Below the pieces are notes generated by a model. It worked only from the letters and a program-made list of their open reading frames with translations, searched no databases and was not told the origin of the DNA. Positions 61,353-64,000 of a stretch of 64,000 nt of DNA are shown in pieces. Both the position numbers and the translations under genes were made by a program. The DNA comes from Guillardia theta CCMP2712 (taxonomy: Eukaryota > Protista > Cryptophyta): assembly GCF_000315625.1 (NCBI RefSeq), contig NW_005434594.1, forward strand, positions 242,482 through 306,481, in the 5' to 3' direction. Numbering within the stretch: the stretch's first letter is position 1; each line of letters starts with the position of its first letter.

Positions 61353-62450
61353 TCACTTCCCCAGCTGGGACAGAATCGCCTGGCATTCCCTTGCCTTGCT
61401 CATGACCTCCTCGCTCTTGGCGTGCTGGTCCATCACAGCCTTCACCAGCTCTTCTCCTCCTCCCCTCCGGATCTCCTCCCCGCAGTCGCGGCTGCCGGCC
61501 ATCGCGCTGAGCAGGACGCAGCCCTTGAGCATCACCGCGCTACTCTTGATGTGCACCCTCATGGTCTTGAGCACCAGCTCGATCACTCCGTTCCTCTTCA
61601 TCTTCCCTCTGTTGTCCGCATGCAGCGCCAGGTTCCCCAGCGTCCACAGAGCATGCAGCGCCATGCGCGTGTTGCCGGGCGCAGCCTTGACGCTGCGCAC
61701 GACCACGTCGATGGCGCCTGCCTGAGCAACCTGCTGGGCCCTGGCTGCGCTGTCGAGGCAGAGGTTGGACAGGAGGCGGCACCCGGTCTCCTGCACGCGG
61801 GGAAGGGAGGGGTGCTTCTTCATGGCGGAGATGACGATGTCAGCCGCGTCCTCCTGGAGGATCTTGGAGCGGAAGGACGGGCGGACGGAGAGGTTGACGA
61901 GGGCCCAGCACGCGTTGCAGAAGACTTGAACGTCCGTGCCATGGCGCTTGATCGCCTCTAGCAGCACCGACACGCCTCCCTCCTCCGCTATCTTCTTGTC
62001 GTGCTCCTCGCAGCTCGCCAGGTTCCACAGGGTACCGCTCCCCTCCCTCTGGACCGCCACGACCCCCTTGTGCTTCCTCATGGCCTCGGCAACGGCTCGG
62101 ATCGCTCCGAGCTTCACCATCTCCTCCTTCTTCTCCGGGTTGGACGACAAGCTCTGCAAGATTCCGCATGCCAGCCACTGTACCCTGGCGCTCATGACGT
62201 TCTCATGCATGGTGGAGATGACGGCGCGGGGGTCAGAGCGTATGTATGACCAGAGGACGCTGCCGAAGGGCCCGCTGAGCATGTAGCAGATGAAGACAGC
62301 CAAGGAGGCTCTTCCTCCAACGGCTCCTCGCGCCTGCATAGCGACGAGGACAAGTTCGTTCTTAGCGCTTACCTCTGCGCAGACCCACCGGAGCTCAAGA
62401 CGCACCAGGTGGTCGGCCAGCTGGACTTCGATAGCCTCCAGCTCCTCTCC
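61353..62450 (-). CDS. Armadillo-repeat protein (start uncertain)
   Basis: Repeats GAIRAVAEAMRKH..VQREGSGTLWNLA, GGVSVLLEAIKRH..ACWALVNLS, GAIDVVV..ALWTLGNLA. Confidence 0.85.
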   Translation of the reverse strand, partial: GEELEAIEVQLADHLVRLELRWVCAEVSAKNELVLVAMQARGAVGGRASLAVFICYMLSGPFGSVLWSYIRSDPRAVISTMHENVMSARVQWLACGILQSLSSNPEKKEEMVKLGAIRAVAEAMRKHKGVVAVQREGSGTLWNLASCEEHDKKIAEEGGVSVLLEAIKRHGTDVQVFCNACWALVNLSVRPSFRSKILQEDAADIVISAMKKHPSLPRVQETGCRLLSNLCLDSAARAQQVAQAGAIDVVVRSVKAAPGNTRMALHALWTLGNLALHADNRGKMKRNGVIELVLKTMRVHIKSSAVMLKGCVLLSAMAGSRDCGEEIRRGGGEELVKAVMDQHAKSEEVMSKARECQAILSQLGK

Positions 62451-62462
62451 ATGGGGTCCAGC

Positions 62463-64000
62463 ATGCAGCTCGTTGCCGGCCAGTCGTGCGCGTCCCCTGC
62501 GGCAAGAGGAAGGGAGTCTCTCGTCAGGGGCTCCCGCTCGCCTTCGTCTCGAACTTTCTTCATCGTGGCTGACGACGAGCAGAGGAAGCGATGGATGCTG
62601 GAGATCGTGCTGCAGGTGGACTCGAAGCTGAAGAGCAAGAGATCGCAAGCTCTTGCTCAGCGATGCTCGTCTCTGGAGTCCGAGCTTGAGAGAATAGCAG
62701 GACAGGCACAGCAGCTCCTGTCACACTACCTAGAGCTGAAGCGAAGTTACGACTCGGTTTCGGAGCAGCTGTTGAGACGGGATGAGGAAGTGAAGAGGAG
62801 GAGCGAGGAGGACGGAGCGTCGTTGAGATGCTTGCAAGACAGAGTCGGGCTTGCAGAAGGCATGATCACCAAGACAAGACAGAAGCTGCTGTTGAAGACG
62901 TTGAGGTGTGAAATCGAATCCGAGCAGAATAAACACATCTTGGCACGGATTGCTGTGGAGGCATTCTTCATGAATGCCCAACATGCGAGATGTGAGAGGC
63001 ATGCTATGATAATATACAGGAAGAGATCAGCAATCAACTCTCTCAGAGGGTCGTTCGGTGTTTGGAGGACGCTGAGTTCTTCCTCCTCCCGCCTGCGGAG
63101 ATTCTTGATAAGGGAGAGGAGAAGCTTGCTGAACGACAAGTTTGAATGCTGGAAATCTCTTGTGCCGGGCAGAGGCAAATCATTATGCCGTTATGCACTT
63201 GTCAGGTGTATTATGTCCAAGGCGATGGAAAGAAGAAGCCGGAGAGAGAAATTCATTGCTCTTTGCAGTCTTCGCAAACTTGTGCATATTAGAGGGCTCG
63301 AGAGACACAGAGAGATTTTGTTTGATGTAAGAATGGTAAGGAGGAGGAGGAAAACTTTCTGGGGTCGCTGGTTACGTAGGGTGGAGCAGACCAAGTTTCT
63401 TGGGAGGGCGGCAAGGCAACGGCGATGGGAACTTGTTTCCTCTGCTACGAGGTCGTGGCGAGGTGTTTGCGGCAGTTCGAACTTGATCGACAAAGTTGGC
63501 ATGCTGGCAGTCAGGCGGACGAGACGTCAGTTGCTCTCTTGGATCATCATCAACCTCCGCCGCCATGCTCACTGTCGTGCAAGAGCAAGGGACGCCTCCA
63601 CCAGGTGCAGGAGCAGGAAGAGGGCGAAATTTCTGTCGTACTGGAAGGATTGCCTCCGTTCACAGCAGGAGCAAGCGCAGAGCTCAGATCGTCTTCTCCG
63701 CATGAGGGAGCGGCAGGTAGCAAGAGACTGTCGCCACCTTCACCTCGCAGCCTGGAGGGGGGCCACGAGCCTGAATAGACGCAGCAAATTCCTCCTCCTC
63801 AACGCTCGCCGGGTTGCCTCAAGAAATCTCCTCCTCCTCTGGCGCTCGCGTGTTGACGTCAAGCTCGTCCTTGGTCGTCGATTCTTCAGTCTCACAAGCA
63901 GATCTGAACATGCGAGCAAGGCGACGGTGATGGCGGCGTGGAGGAGCGTGCGATCAGGTGCTGCGCTGCTTCGCTCTCCTGTGCTTCCTTTCCCTTTCCC
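62463..64000 (+). CDS. Coiled-coil plus Sfi1-like Trp-repeat protein, truncated by the window end (absent from ORF track)
   Basis: Frame read from ATG 62463 stays open to 64000. Coiled coil LESELERIAGQAQQLL... is followed by basic helices with periodic F/L-x-x-W (SFGVWR, KFECWK, FWGRWL, LSYWK, LAAWR, LLLWR, MAAWR). Confidence 0.6.
   Translation, partial: MQLVAGQSCASPAARGRESLVRGSRSPSSRTFFIVADDEQRKRWMLEIVLQVDSKLKSKRSQALAQRCSSLESELERIAGQAQQLLSHYLELKRSYDSVSEQLLRRDEEVKRRSEEDGASLRCLQDRVGLAEGMITKTRQKLLLKTLRCEIESEQNKHILARIAVEAFFMNAQHARCERHAMIIYRKRSAINSLRGSFGVWRTLSSSSSRLRRFLIRERRSLLNDKFECWKSLVPGRGKSLCRYALVRCIMSKAMERRSRREKFIALCSLRKLVHIRGLERHREILFDVRMVRRRRKTFWGRWLRRVEQTKFLGRAARQRRWELVSSATRSWRGVCGSSNLIDKVGMLAVRRTRRQLLSWIIINLRRHAHCRARARDASTRCRSRKRAKFLSYWKDCLRSQQEQAQSSDRLLRMRERQVARDCRHLHLAAWRGATSLNRRSKFLLLNARRVASRNLLLLWRSRVDVKLVLGRRFFSLTSRSEHASKATVMAAWRSVRSGAALLRSPVLPFPF

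Overview
Intron-rich eukaryotic nuclear DNA from a draft assembly with two N gaps. Short (~45-60 nt) CTGAC-branch introns, (GGA/CCT)n-expanded introns, a DGDG synthase with a signal peptide, an articulin/epiplastin-like VP-repeat protein and EsV-1-7 repeats point to a complex-plastid alga, most likely a cryptophyte such as Guillardia (inference). About 20 genes can be supported: SAM+RNI-LRR protein, a divergent P-element-like DDE transposase, a PB1-peptidoglycan-binding-UBA protein, two PDZ proteins, articulin, a Sushi/CCP membrane protein, GBF1-like Sec7 ARF-GEF, a Crinkler/RHS-like NTPase-REase, an ankyrin protein, two tiny codon-biased peptide genes missed or mis-framed by the ORF track (one ejectisin-like), NHE8, an EsV-1-7 protein, a twin-CX9C protein, a sirtuin, DGD, an ARM protein and an Sfi1-like ORF running off the end. 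Best leads: (1) three unrelated signal-peptide proteins carry a ubiquitin-tail mimic L-x-[LV]-R-G-G right after the leader, suggesting DUB-cleaved targeting leaders; (2) a p62/NBR1-like receptor with a peptidoglycan-binding domain; (3) recurring polarised intergenic elements (CCGG island plus GGGGTA tract) that share short motifs. Many ORF-track entries are microsatellite or antisense artefacts. Splice models were read by eye and are approximate.
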